A stretch of DNA of 64,000 bases from the human T2T-CHM13v2.0 reference genome, Homo sapiens: assembly GCF_009914755.1 (NCBI RefSeq), contig NC_060933.1. One strand, given 5' to 3'. The position numbers were made by a program, and so were the translations under genes. The notes under the pieces are model-generated. The model was not told the DNA's origin. It did not search any database and saw only the letters and a list, made by a program, of their open reading frames with translations. Positions 50,175 through 63,064 of this stretch are shown in pieces (position 1 is the stretch's first letter; each line of letters starts with the position of its first letter).

Positions 50175-51056
50175 TAGTTCTCCCGTTTTCCCTGGTACAA
50201 TGTTCAGTTAAGTCTACATCACATACATGTAAACCCTGGCATTCAGTGGTGAAAAAACAGATGCTGCATCATTGACTTGCTCACCTACCCCACAAATGCC
50301 CAGATTCCCTATCCAGCCAACATATTCCCTAACCCCAGCTGAAAAGGCCAAACTGTGTGTGTTCTAGATGCTGAGGTGTCAAAGCAGAAGAAGCTTCTTG
50401 CTGAGAGCTGGGCATGAGGCCACTAGGCAGATGCCACATTAAGTATGAAGCAGCAGCAGCTCATTTCAGAGAAAGGATGTAATAAGAATAGGCTCAGAGC
50501 CCATACTTCTGGGAATCTTGAGGCAGTGGAGGAAAGGCAGTGGCACAGAAAGTAGAAAATTCTTAAAAAAGAATGTATTATTCCCAGTCTCCAGGTAGGC
50601 TTCTAGTAGCCTAGAAACCAAGATAAACTAATATCAAACCAGATCTGGTGTCAGGAGGCAGAAAGCATGCAGTGTTGGGAGTCCTCAGACTGAGAAGTAT
50701 GAGCAATAGGATGGGGTGAGTGGTATTGCAGGTTACCACTTGAATTCCAACTATGACACATCACTGGTGTAGATCTTGGGAGCTGGAGACCTACATTGTA
50801 GGGCAACGAAGAAAAGTGCTGAACAGAATCCATAAACAGATAAAGTTTATCTTCCATATTGGGGCAGCAGCAACCGTGGGGGTGAGACATAACTTATGAA
50901 AGCCAGGATGAGGCTCTGAGCCTCAGTTGCAGTTTTTGCTCTGCTACTGACTCAACCATGTGATGTAAACAACCCATTTTTTCTCTTTGGTCCCATTTCT
51001 TTATCTCCAAAGCAGAGAAGTTGTACAGGAAATCTCTCAGCACCAAGTAGTGAAGA

Positions 51057-51330
51057 CTTTTTTTGAGACACGGTTCAGAGTGCAGTGGGCACTATCTCAG
51101 CTCACTGCAGCTTTGACCTCCCAGGCTCAAGTGATCCTCCCACCTCAGCCTCTCGAGTAGCTGGGATTACAGGCACACACCACTGTGCCCAGCTAATTTT
51201 GTTTATTTTTTGTAGAGACATGGTCTCACTATGATGCCCAGGCTGGTCTCAAACTCCTGGCCTCAAGCAATCCTCCCTCCTTGGCCTCCCGAAGTGTTGA
51301 GATTACAGAAGTGAGCTACCATGCCCAGCC
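51057..51330 (-). mobile_element. AluJ
   Basis: Antisense Alu; TSD gaagactt. Confidence 0.9.
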
Positions 51331-52234
51331 AAGAAGACTTCTTTTACAGAATTATCATCTCTAGATCTTTTACTGCTCTGTCCATTCCTCATTACTAAAC
51401 ATTCAGATGTTGTCAACGTCTTTTAGGGAACATATTCACATAAGCTTTCCATTACCACACAAATCACATAGATGTACAATTTTTGCTTGCTTACCTCTGT
51501 AAAGCAGAGGGGTATAATTTTAGCATTTATGTTTGTTCAATTAAAGAAAAACAATTATAGTTGGATGCTTACTAGTCACTTCTGTTAAGGCAGATAGGAA
51601 ATATATTAAAAGCATGTGGAATTTATCCCTAAAATCTAGATGTAGATAATTTTTAATTTACAATAAAGCAAATTTGGCAGCCTCATGACTGCCATAGATG
51701 AGGAACTCTAGATTATTTACACTAATGAAGAAGATCATTGGTGTGGCTAATCCAGAATAGTAGATAAATTATATAGCCAACTATCAATTGTCTGTGCTAA
51801 TGGAGGGGACCAGCGATGTGGATAATCAAAATATAATTTACATTTAGCTTTGGAAAACATTTGTAGTATTATATAGCTCTGTGTAGTCACATCAGTCTAG
51901 ACCATACAAGACCCAAATAGGGAACTATGCAGGTGGTTAAAGATGTCTGTGGACCCCTTCCCTTTCAATGTCAGAAATCCAGCCTTACAGATACTATTAT
52001 TGAATGGATTCCTCATGTGAAAGACTAGATCTAAGGTGAATATGACATTGCCCTTCCCTAATTTCACTCACTCTCTAGCTGGGGAAGCAAGGACAACAGT
52101 AGTCACTGTACAAAGATTACTCCAGGAGTGTGTGAAAGGGGGAGCACGGGCTGGGAGAGTTAAAGATTCTGCTGAAATGAGTATTAGTTGAGTGTATCAA
52201 GACCTCTGTTACCTTTGCATAATCACAATTTGCT

Positions 52235-52549
52235 CTTTTTTTTTTTTTTTTTTTTTTTTTTGAGATAGAGTTTCGCCCTTGTTGCCCAGGCTGGAGTGCA
52301 GTGGCGCAGTCTTGGCTCACTGCAACCTCCACCTCCTAGGTTCAAGCTATTCCTACTTCAGCCTCCCAAGTAGCTGGGATTACAGGCATGTGCCACCACA
52401 CCTGGCTATTTTTTTTTTTTTTGTATTTTTAGTAGAGCTGGGGTTTCACCATGTTGGCCATCTGTTCTCGAACTCCTGACCTCAGGTGATCCACCTGCCT
52501 CGGCCTCCCAAAGTGTTGGGATTACAGGCATGAGCCACCATGCCCTGCC
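52235..52549 (-). mobile_element. AluS
   Basis: Poly-T followed by antisense Alu. Confidence 0.93.
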
Positions 52550-52619
52550 AAAAGCGTTTCTTTATGTTACCATGTAAGTTTGCCATATAACCTCTAGGAC
52601 CCTCCCCCCGACAAAAAAA

Positions 52620-53420
52620 CAATCTAAATAATCCAGGTAGTCACAACAGATAAATCTAAAGATAGCAGAAGGATGGAAATGATAAAGATTAGAACCGAAC
52701 TTATTGAAATAGAAAAGTGAACAGCATCAACAAAACCAAAAGCTGATTATTTGAAAACTCTTTTTTTCAAACAAAAGAGAAACTTCTGGAAAAACTACTG
52801 AAAGAAAAAAGGTACTAATAAACAATGAGTGGAAAGTGTGAGTAACTTAAGATACTATATAAATGTTTTTAAATTATAAGACTACTTCATAAAGTTAAAT
52901 CTGAAAAGGCAAATAACTCTAAAATATATGTATAAATTAACCAGACTGACTCAAGAAGAACAAATCAACTGAACCAATAACATTAAAGAAAATGAATAAG
53001 GCCAGGCACTGTGGCTCATGCCTGTCATCTCAACACTTTGGGATGCCAAGTTGGAAGGACCACTTGAGGCTGCCAGTTTGAGACCAGCCTTGGTAACATA
53101 GTGAGACCTTGCCTCTACAAAAAACAAATAAAAATTATGAAGTCTGAAACTTAAAACTTACATCACTGTTCATTGGAATATTCATCAGTAAGAGTATAAA
53201 AACACATGAGAATGGCCGACTTCAACTTGATGACAGTGGTAACTTCTGGAAAGGGAAGGAGATGAGTGCAAAATGGGAAGGACTTACATGGAGGATTTCA
53301 GCTATATCAGTAATACTTTATTCTTGGGGGAAAAACAGGCAACTAAGGTAAAATGTTATGGTTTTATATGAGGGTGAATATAGGTTTTTAATTATTTTTT
53401 TATAAATTGTGTGTTTAGAA
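52620..53420 (+). mobile_element. Old L1M fragments with a FLAM inserted at about 53000-53135
   Basis: atcaacaaaaccaaaagctgattatttgaaaa; accagactgactcaagaagaa (ORF2-like). Confidence 0.65.
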
Positions 53421-54434
53421 TGATTTATAATTTTTTAATTCTACAAATTAAGTACATAAATGTTTGGCTGCTAGCTTGGCTAGTTCAGATTTGGCTTAAT
53501 TTTATGTGGATTTTTCACCTACTCTTTAAAATATATTCTAATTGTTTTTCATTACTTAGCTAAGAAACAACATTTTAAAGTAACTTTTAGGCAAGATGGC
53601 AGAGGCAGAAAGGGGAAAGTTCCAAAAGAAAAGATTTCAAACATGCTGAATGGATCTGTGTCACAGATCATGATAAACAAAAGCCTGCTATGTGGTGAGT
53701 GGTTCAGGCCAAAGCCTATGGATTTGGGAAATACTAGCTGGGTAGAGGCCAGAGTCATGAGAGTAGGAAGCTGTCCTGGGAAAATGAGTAAGAGTAGGGA
53801 TTTCAACTTGGGTGGCGGAAGCAAGAAGAGAAACTTCTTTTGGGGTGTCTCACAATTACCTAGGAACAATTTTAAACTAGGCATAACCTACCACCAACCT
53901 ACCCCCCACCGTTAAGAATCACTACCCCTATAAGCAGTGAATGTTGAGTTAAAATAAGCTTGCAAACCATTTGTCTCTAGAAAAAAAGATCAAAGGGCTT
54001 AGAACTTATACCCACATTTTGGGGATAGGAAGAAGAGATGGAAAAGAACTTGATAAAAGGCTGTTGGAAGTGATGGACAAGCAAAGGAGTAATACTAACA
54101 TGAGGCCGAATAACATAAACCCACTAACAGAGCGGCAAGGCTGCTACCTCAGACTGTGAAAGGAGTTAGGCAGAAAAGGCTGAAAAAAGATACGAAGGGT
54201 TTCATAGGTAAAGAAGTAAGGGAAGAAAACTCAAGCTTGAAAGAATATCATAACACAGTGGGGTTTAGGGCTGGGTGACCCTCCCAACACCCCAGCAAGG
54301 ACCATATCCTACAGCCACCACATGAGGTACCAGTGACATGGGGCTCATTTCTAATTAACATGCTCCAGAATCTTGCAAAAAGGTTTTTGAACAGTGTGAC
54401 CATGTGACATCATAATTTTACATACAATTTATAG

Positions 54435-54549
54435 GAATGTCCAGAAAGAGAAGTGTATGACCCGTCTCCAGTATCTCCATTCATCTGCTACTATGATGAC
54501 AAATATGAAATTCAGGAGAGAGAAAAGAGACTAAAACAAAAAATAAAAG
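54435..54549 (+). CDS. ZCCHC7: ZCCHC7 coding exon (115 nt), ECPEREVYDPSPVSPFICYYDDKYEIQEREKRLKQKIK(V)
   Basis: ttatAG acceptor, AAG|GTatgt donor; supplies the final Cys of the last knuckle; phase 1 matches the next exon. Confidence 0.95.
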
Positions 54550-55332
54550 GTATGTTGCTAGACTTCTTGTTAGATCACATTTGCAGTAGTTTCTAAATTT
54601 CTTTGTTTGTACTGTCTTTGCCTGCTTTGGGGGTCATTGGTTAGCATAGAAAGTATTTTTAGTAATTACCAAAGAGACTGGAACTTTCTTGATCTCCAGA
54701 AACCAAGCACCCACTTCAGAAATAATCCCATGTTGCAATCTCCTCACAGTAAACATTTTTTTACAGTGATCATTTTAGGAAATGTCCAGAAAATATTGCT
54801 GTCCATCTATATAGGCAGAGTTTTTAAAGGCTCCTTTGAGATTTTTCTGTTTGACAGGTAATTATTTTTTTTTCCATTTGTATTTCTCCAGTATTTTTTT
54901 ATGGAAAGAAAGGCTTTCCTGCTAAGTTATTCCTGGAGCTTCCCTGAAGAAGTCATTTGTTAGAGGCCACCGCTGCAAGCAGAGCTCCAAGTTCACAACC
55001 ACCTCTGTGGTTTCTGTACTTACTGTTGCAAACATTGTTCTTTATCACCAAATTAATATCTTATCATTTAAGTTTTCTCTACCTCTGTTCTTTCTTGTTA
55101 TTCACTTCAAGGTGGTTTTCCAAGTTATCTTTCTTGCTTTAAAAACAAAACAGTTCTGTATTTTTTTAGTTTGTTCTATACCTTATTTTCTGACTCTTTT
55201 GGCCTTTTACTCTTCTGGATTCTTAGTTCAGGACCTTTCCAAAATGAAGGTACTAATTCTGAGGAAAATAGAGTTATTACTCTCCCAGCTCCTGCATATT
55301 TTACATATTTAATATAAAATGTATGTCATCTA

Positions 55333-55558
55333 CAGCTATCCCTGGATATTGGTTCCAGGAGCCTCCTCATTTACCAAAATCTGCACTTACTTATGTCCCA
55401 TAGTTGACTCTGCAGAACCTGATTATAGGAAAAAGTAGCCGTTCGTATACACAAGTTTCTAATCTGTGGAATGGTGTATTTTCAATCCTCATTTGGTTGA
55501 AAAAATCCACATTTAAGTGGACCCACGTAGTTCAAACTCATTGTGCAAGGGTCAGCTG
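55333..55558 (+). mobile_element. MER8 (Tigger2-derived MITE)
   Basis: cagctatccct..attggttccagga...tttggttgaaaaaatccacatttaagtggacccacgtagttcaaac...aagggtcagctg. Confidence 0.85.
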
Positions 55559-56561
55559 TGTGGAGAAGTTATAGTAGTTGTAGATTATGATTAGGCAACC
55601 AAATTAGAGATTAAAAAGAATTGCATGAAAATGTCATCTCTAGATTAAAGGATTATATGTGCTTTCTGTTTTTTATGTTCTTTGTACTTTTCTGTTTTTT
55701 CCAGGTTTTCTATAATGAGCAGTTATAACTTTTATAATTAGAGAAAACCCATTTTGGTTTTTTTTTAGCTAGTTGTATCGACGTCTGTAGCATAAATCCA
55801 CTTTGAGGTGTTCACTATGATCCTTTGAAATTTTTATAATAAAAGTCTATGCTAAAAGTTTTTATTGGCCACTTTTTTAATCTTTAAAGATTCTATTGAC
55901 TGCTAGTTTTCATCTCTCACTGTAACCTCATCTCCCACCTACCCGTATCAGAATCACTATCAGAGATCCGTATTAAGCGTGTCAAGCTCTGACAAAACAT
56001 TAACATCAGCTTTATCACTAAAACCTCTAAGATACCCGCACTCACGTGCACTCACACACACTCCTCAAAGCCAGTGATCTCTACCCTGGAGGAATAATCT
56101 CTTGGGCAGTTTGGCATCCACCTAAAAGTACTGTGGCCAGGCCTTATCTTTAGAGGGTGGTTGAAATGTCATATGAGACCATCAAAAGGCCATTTTATAA
56201 ATCTTGCTTTGCCTCATTTTCAAAGGCTGACTCGTCATCATTGGGGAAACTCGTATTGGTCAGACATGACTTTTCTTCACAAAGCTAAGATGATTACTGT
56301 TCTTACAGGTCCTCATCTCCATTGCTTAACCTTGTTAAACTGTTGAAAAGGATAATTAACTATCATTGGATTTCTGAATGTGTTTCATTTTTAGCAATCA
56401 GAAACTTGGAGCTACAACTATTTAATTTTTAGTGAGTGATGTCATACTGTTAACATGTTTAAATATCTAGCTTCCCTGTCTGTTAAGTTATTTACACTTA
56501 GGAAAGCTCAGCATGGACTGTTTAGCTGCTGAATATGCAAAAATACTTTTATATTTTTCAG

Positions 56562-56995
56562 TACTCAAGAAAAATGGGGTTATCCCAGAGCCATCCAAGC
56601 TACCTTATATAAAAGCAGCAAATGAGAACCCCCACCATGATATAAGGAAGGGCCGTGCCTCATGGAAAAGCAACAGGTGGCCTCAAGAAAATAAAGAAAC
56701 ACAAAAAGAAATGAAGAACAAGAATAGAAACTGGGAGAAGCACAGGAAGGCTGACAGACATCGTGAAGTGGATGAGGATTTTCCCAGGGGCCCCAAAACC
56801 TACTCTTCTCCTGGCAGTTTTAAAACCCAGAAGCCTTCTAAGCCCTTTCACCGTTCATCACATTACCACACGTCAAGAGAAGACAAGTCTCCCAAGGAAG
56901 GCAAGAGGGGCAAGCAGAAGAAAAAGGAGAGGTGCTGGGAAGATGATGACAATGATAACTTATTTCTTATTAAGCAGAGAAAAAAAAAGTCTTAA
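56562..56995 (+). CDS. ZCCHC7: ZCCHC7 terminal coding exon, (V)[12 protein letters not shown]...[11 protein letters not shown]; basic, charged C-terminal tail
   Basis: tttttcAG acceptor ending at 56561; frame identical to ORF 56513..56995; TAA at 56993-56995. Confidence 0.96.
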
Positions 56996-57081
56996 GCCGT
57001 CAGGCAGCCTCTGATGTGGCTTTTCATTGTTCATTTGGCCTTTGTGTCTATAACCTTCTGGCACTGTGTTTATTATCTATG

Positions 57082-57091
57082 ATTAAATAAA
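57082..57091 (+). terminator. Proximal poly(A) signal (overlapping ATTAAA/AATAAA)
   Basis: gATTAAATAAAgtgag followed by a GU/U-rich tract. Confidence 0.55.
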
Positions 57092-57855
57092 GTGAGTTTT
57101 TGGTTTTGTTTTTTTAATTTCAGCCATTCCTAGAGTTACTGAATATCCATGGAGATCTCAATTCTCTGTGTCCAACAGGATATTAGGTAAGAAAGTACAA
57201 AGATAAACCTGGACTTCTCCTATTCCAATATGTCATCTTTACTCAGAATCCTAGGGATAGGTAGAAGAATTCATCTTTTCAAGAAAGTGTTTTAAAAATA
57301 CTTTGGGAAAAAAACTGCATCAAAGGTAATTTATCCTCAAATTAAATCCTTGCAGGAAGAGAAATTAACACTAAGAAAAAGTCATCAATATTTTTCAACT
57401 TTTTTTTTTTTTTTTTTTACTTTGGAAAGGACAATAACTATAAACCTATATCCAGATTTTCTTTCTGCTGAAGCTGTTGTCAGAATCTTCCTTTGGACAA
57501 AACATCACTAGCTGACTATAAAAACAAAAGTGTCATCATTGAAGCCCTGAAGAGGCAGGGAATTGAGCTTCAGCAAAATACAGGAAAAGAACTATCCAGT
57601 ATAAATGTCAGAAGACAGATTTCCTAAACAAGTAAAAGAGACATCAAAAATTTTAACATAATCACAATGAAATCATTTTTTACCACTTTTACAGCGGTGT
57701 TTCAAGCGGACTGTCACTCAGATCTGCAGAGATGAATATTACTCAAAAAATTTTTTTGTTCTCTTGCATTTTTTTCAACTACCGCAAAGCTATACAGATT
57801 TTTTTGTACTTGTGGATCTTTTGTACTTCTCATAACCTAATGTCAGACTAAGAAA

Positions 57856-57861
57856 AATAAA
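57856..57861 (+). terminator. Distal poly(A) signal AATAAA
   Basis: Upstream TGTA (CFIm-type) elements at 57805 and 57822; downstream tgtgtttatt. Confidence 0.7.
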
Positions 57862-57939
57862 ATATCTGAGAGTAAATACATGTGTTTATTATGTAAAAAG
57901 ACAATGAGAGTTTGAGTGACAAAGAGCATAGTTAATGTT

Positions 57940-58084
57940 TATTTTGTTTGTTTGTTTGTTTGTTGTAGAGACAAGGTCTCACTGTGTTGTCTAGGCAGGT
58001 CTCAAACTCCTGAGCTCAAGTGATCCTCTTTCCTTGGCCTCCCAAAGTGCTGGGATTACAGGCATGAGCCATCACTCCCGGCCT
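57940..58084 (-). mobile_element. FLAM / Alu monomer with (TTTG)n tail
   Basis: Antisense monomer. Confidence 0.88.
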
Positions 58085-59339
58085 TGGCATAGTTGTGTTG
58101 GGCAGGTGGATAAAGTTATAAAATCCCTGTAGACTGGAGTCAAAAATGCCATTTTTGCCCAAGTGCAAGCTCTCTGCCAGAATAAAATGGTATGAAATCA
58201 ATTAAATAGGACAATTTTATAATGTCAGGTTCTTAAATTTGTATTTTACTCTTTGGGAAGTATGCAGATTCCTGTATTTCTGGCAGAATCATCTCTCATC
58301 TTTCTGAGAGGAAGGAAGAATTCTGTCCTCTCAAATCAGTGCTAGTGCAAATTGTAGGATCACAGAGTTTAGTCTACCACTTTCCCTGTTGCTGCATAGA
58401 TTTCAGCTAACTTTATTATATGTTGATGCATAGCTTCCTAATAGCTAGAGTTGTTTTCACCCTAAAGTAAGCAACCAGGGTTTTTTTTTTAACAACTTGC
58501 TAAATGTGGCAGCCATAAAAAAAGTTTCATGGAAGTGGAAAACCTTGAGATAATTGGCATTATTCTCCAGTAGGACTTGAGGCAAACATGGCTTATTACT
58601 CATATGGTATAACAAGTACCCCTTCTGATCCTAAGGCATCTCCTTTCAGGGCAGAAATAGGATTGACGTTCTTTAGGTTCTTTCGTACATAGCAGATTGT
58701 TTGGAGAAGGAGAGAAAGGAAGCACTTTTTTTTCTGTTTGTCTCTGCACATTATCTTATTTTTTCCCAAAACTTACAAACATTTTGTTCTAGGGTATAAT
58801 TTACCTATTGGGTCCATGTATTTACATGCAGATAGGAAAGGATGCTGAGCTACTTCACCTGTGGGCATGAAGATACAGTCTTCATTTCCTGGTAAGAGAA
58901 GAACAGAAACATGGAGGAGTCTTTGCTTCATTTCCTCTTCATTTCCCTTGCCCCCAGCTGTTACACCAAATGTTCAGTTAAGGTGAATCAGTCAGTCAGT
59001 TTATTAACATACAGACTCTTCATACAACAATGGGGAGTTTAAAATATGTATAGATTCAACCATTAATTAAATAAGACTTTACATGGATAAATACAAGAGA
59101 AGAAAAGCAAATGTCCAAAACAGTAAAGATCTGTATAGTTGGTAGGATTAAGAAGATTCTAAACATCTTACCTCTGGCCCAACTTTGATTTGAAGCAGCT
59201 TGAGTGGCTCCTATCTTGGGTTCTACCTTGGTTTGTGTTTGGCCTTCTCAAAACAGAGCAAGGGGAACCAGTCTCCCATTTTCTCCATGGAAAGTCTTGC
59301 TTTCATGGACCTTGCTATTTGCAGTACTTATTAGTAGCT

Positions 59340-59890
59340 CTTTATTTTTCTGTTATACAAAGATTATGTAATCATTTTAAGGGGGAAAAATGTTAAAAAC
59401 AAGTCATATGTGATTCTTTCACACAAAAATGTAGTTAAAATTATTAGTGTCTATTTTTTCAGACTTTTCTATACCTATGTATACATTGTTTTGTAACCTG
59501 TTTTTCACTTACTTTGGGAACAAATACATGTCTGCACTTTTGCATGATGTTCTATTATATGGCTGTGCCATGATTTAATCAGCTCCCTGTCGAGCATTTT
59601 GTTTCCAATTTTTATTATTTTTGAAAAATTCTTCTACATAATATCTTCTCCATTTATTCAATTGTGATAAAATGGAATTTAGGGTCAGAGAGCATGCATA
59701 TATTTCATAAAAGTTTTAATACATGATGCCAAATTATATTCCCAAGTCAGATTCTTCCCCAATCATTTATATGTCCCTGGCAGTTTGTGAGTATTCATCT
59801 CCCCATTCCCACAATCACATGGAATATTGCCATTCCCTTGTCTCTTTGCCACTCTGATGGGCAGCAAAGAAACATTATTCATTAGTGCTG
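59340..59890 (-). mobile_element. Old L1ME-type 3' fragment
   Basis: ttctattatatggctgtgccatgatttaatc...gggtcagagagcatgcat...tgccaaatt. Confidence 0.6.
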
Positions 59891-60084
59891 CAGTGAAAAG
59901 ATTGATGTGGGTTTGTCTGTGTAAGGAGAGACAGGATTAGCAATATAGGGAAAATCTGTTTTTAAAAGATGTGGAGAGAAGCTTCTCATAGGAAACAACT
60001 GAAAATTCTTCTGCCAACAAAAAATTACATACAAAATAAGGGAGCCTTTCATTTGTTTATAGCTGTCCTGATCCCCTGGTCTTA

Positions 60085-60232
60085 TGCTTCGCTTTCTCAA
60101 CAAAAGGAGGATGCTGCTGGCATCTAATAAGTAGAAGCCAGAGATGTTGCTAAATATCCTACAATGCACAGACTAGCTTCCCACAATGAATCTGGCCCAA
60201 AATGTCAATAGCGCTGAGGTTCAGAAACCCTA
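60085..60232 (+). mobile_element. MER20 (hAT-Charlie), partial
   Basis: gatgctgctggcatcta...gtagaagccagagatgttgctaaatatcctacaatgcacag...ggcccaaaatgtcaatagcgctgaggttcagaaaccct. Confidence 0.85.
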
Positions 60233-60851
60233 GTTGAAACCCCAGCTATTTCTCAAATGGAATTCTGTTCACTCGAGAGAGAGTTCACGTTGCCTTCCAC
60301 ATCTAACAGGATGTGCCCTTGTCTTACAAGGCTTTGCATTTCATCATATTGCCAGTGTTTGAGAGACTGGTTGGACATGGCCATTCATGTGAAATAAGGA
60401 ACACTAGTTCCATGGCATGAAGGTCTACAGTCTGGACCACTTTGTGGAGGATCTGGGCCACTGGAGACTCAGCCAGCTGAGGGAAATTAATAGTTTAGGA
60501 ATCATGGAAACAAACACTAGAGTGCCAGGCTATGGCTTGAGCCCTGGCAAGAAAAATATAGAACTGTGGTGTGAGAACAAAGGGATTCAGCTAGTGAGGG
60601 GAGGAAAGAGTTGGAGACTAATCTGATGGGACACTTAATTGGGTCAGAATGTCATTAGGCTGTAGGAAGGAACCCTCACCAGGATCCAAATCCAACATAG
60701 GCCCTTAGATCTCACAGTTGGACTTTCCATTTCAAAGAAGCACCAATGTTTTGGTGATTTATTACACATTGCCATGCAGTGAATCACAGGATGAAGCTGA
60801 TTGGTGTGTGATTTGAGCCAAAAGTTTTTCTGTTCGTTTAATATATGTTAC

Positions 60852-61154
60852 TTTTTTTTTTTTTTTTTTTTTTTGAGATGGAGTCTCACTCTGTCACCCA
60901 GGCTGGAGTGCAATGGCATGGTCTCAGCTCACTGCAACTCCACCTCCCAAGTTCAAGCAATTCTTCTGCCTCAGCCTCCCAAGTAACTGGGACTACAGGG
61001 ACGTGCCACCACGCCCAGCCAATTTTTCTATTTTTAGTACAGACGGCATTTCACTATGTTGGCCAGGCTGGTCTAGAACTCCTGACCTCGTGATCCACCC
61101 ACCTCGGCCTCCCAAAGTGCTGAGGATTACAGGCGTGAGCCACCGTGCCCGGCC
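60852..61154 (-). mobile_element. AluS
   Basis: Poly-T followed by antisense Alu. Confidence 0.93.
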
Positions 61155-61528
61155 TAAGTTACCTCTTAAAATGATTTCCTGGGACATGATTCCATGAAAA
61201 CCCAGTAAAGGAGTGGGGAGGGAAGTGAGACAGGGAAAAGAAGAGAAGGAAGCCAAGCTGGATGCTTATCAAGTCATGTCTCATAAAGAGGAACTTTCAG
61301 ACTCACAGGGAACGCTAGAAAGAGTGTAGGCCACACCTCAAAGTTGCCCTAGTAAGGGGCAATGGAGCTGTAGTGTGTGTATCTTTTTTTTTTTTTAATT
61401 AGTCATTGTTTAAGCCAGGTAAATTGGGTTTAGGCAGCCCCCTGACGGATGGAGATATGAATGAAACACCAATGTCATTCGCTACAGCCATAATCTCAGA
61501 ACAGTTCTTCTTACAAAAAGATACTTGG

Positions 61529-61644
61529 GGCTGGGCATGGTGGCTCACGCCTGTAATCCCAACATTTGGGAGGCTGAGGCAGGAGAATACTTGAGCTCAA
61601 GAGTTGGACACCAGTCTGGCAACACAGCAAGATCTCATCGCTAC

Positions 61645-61676
<32 letters not shown>

Positions 61677-62026
61677 GATTGGCCAGGCATGGTGGCTCAC
61701 CCCTGTAATTCCAGCACTTTGGGAGGCCAAGATGGGAAGATTTGCTTGAGTCCAGGAGTTTGAGACTAGCCTGTCAAATTAGTGAGATCTTGTCTCTCCA
61801 AAAACTAAAATTAGCCGGGTGTGGTGGCACACGTCTGTGGTCCCAGCTCCCGAGTAGCTGGGACTACAGGTGTGCACCACCACACCCGGCTAATTTTTTG
61901 TATTTTCAGTAGAGACGGGGTTTCACCATGTTGGCCAGGCTGGTCTTGAACTCCTGGGCCCAAGCAGTTCACCTGCCTTGGTCTCCCAAAGTGCTGGGAT
62001 TACAGGCATAAGTCACCACTCCCTGA
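61529..62026. mobile_element. Alu monomer (+) 61529-61677, partial Alu (+) 61681-61848 fused to partial Alu (-) 61849-62026
   Basis: Alu consensus; orientation flips at about 61849. Confidence 0.9.
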
Positions 62027-62027
62027 C

Positions 62028-62098
62028 TAAAATATTGTTGATCTGCAGTTGGTTGAATCCATGGATGTAGAACCCTAGGATACCATAGACCAACTGTA
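62028..62098. mobile_element. MER2/Tigger terminal fragment
   Basis: gatctgcagttggttgaatccatggatgtagaacc...accaactgta. Confidence 0.7.
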
Positions 62099-62712
62099 TG
62101 TTTATTATCTTGTGATCGTTTTGCAGGTGTGTACATATGACAAAGTCTAGTTTCACACAGGTAATCCATTGGAAACATTTTAATATTTTTTCACTGAATT
62201 GGGACTGTTCTTATTAAACTGGGTGAGTTAGGCTCAGTAGTCCATAGGCTATCTTCAGTTTTACTTCCTGCTTTGTCCATATGGGGCCAAGAAGACTTGA
62301 TCATAAGGCAAGTATCCACCTGCAGGGGCCTTGCAGGGAGAGGTCACTGACCTCTTAAGCCTGTGAGTAGGACCTTTATCTAAGAGGCATGCTGGTGATA
62401 ACTACATGCACAACGTTCGGAAACTACTGTCTACAGGCTGAAGTCTAACTTCTGGCCTAAAATTCAAAGCCTTTCATGCTTCATCTTCTGCAGTTCTTCG
62501 CTCTTCTTTCTCCTCTATCCCCTTCACCCTTCCCGTCCCACCACATGAATGACTAATTCCTGAATAGGTCATGCTTCTCCTCCATGCCTTTACCTGTGCT
62601 ATTACCTCTACCCAAAATATCCTCTTCCCCTTTTATGACCACTCCCAGACAATATTAATCCTTCCCTCTTTGGTGTTTCTGTTGTCATCTGAGTGATTTA
62701 TTCAGCAAACAG

Positions 62713-62786
62713 AGGCTATGGACTTTCTTTGCGTCAGGTAGTATTCTTGCTTGAATACTACCTGACGCAAAGAAAGTCCATAGCCT
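62713..62786. repeat. Perfect 34-bp inverted repeat with a 6-nt loop
   Basis: aggctatggactttctttgcgtcaggtagtattc-ttgctt-gaatactacctgacgcaaagaaagtccatagcct. Confidence 0.96.
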
Positions 62787-63064
62787 GTGCTTGCTGTGGA
62801 GAAATCTCAAGCCTCAAGGGCTAACAAGCAAGAGACAAACACGAAAACCAGTATTTTGTCTTAGAGGTGAGGAGTGCAGTGAGAGATACGGGTATGATGG
62901 TAACACCAAAGAAGCATGATTGGTCCTGCTACAGAGAGGGGAGACTGGGCAGGACTTCCCGATGGGTCATTATAACAGAAGAAAAGTGTTGCAGCTTAAC
63001 AAAAGGGGAGGAGCATGAACCATGTGTGTGAGGCGTGGAGCTGTGAAACAGCAAGGATGCACTC

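Larger units (their letters stand above)
56996..57885 (+). other. ZCCHC7: ZCCHC7 3'UTR (end approximate)
   Basis: Follows the stop codon; no recognisable transposon; ends after AATAAA 57856-57861 with a downstream TGTGTTT element. Confidence 0.75.

Noticed and set aside
56513-56561. N-terminal 16 codons of ORF 56513..56995 ([16 protein letters not shown])
   Set aside because: Intronic read-through upstream of the true acceptor ending at 56561; not a separate gene
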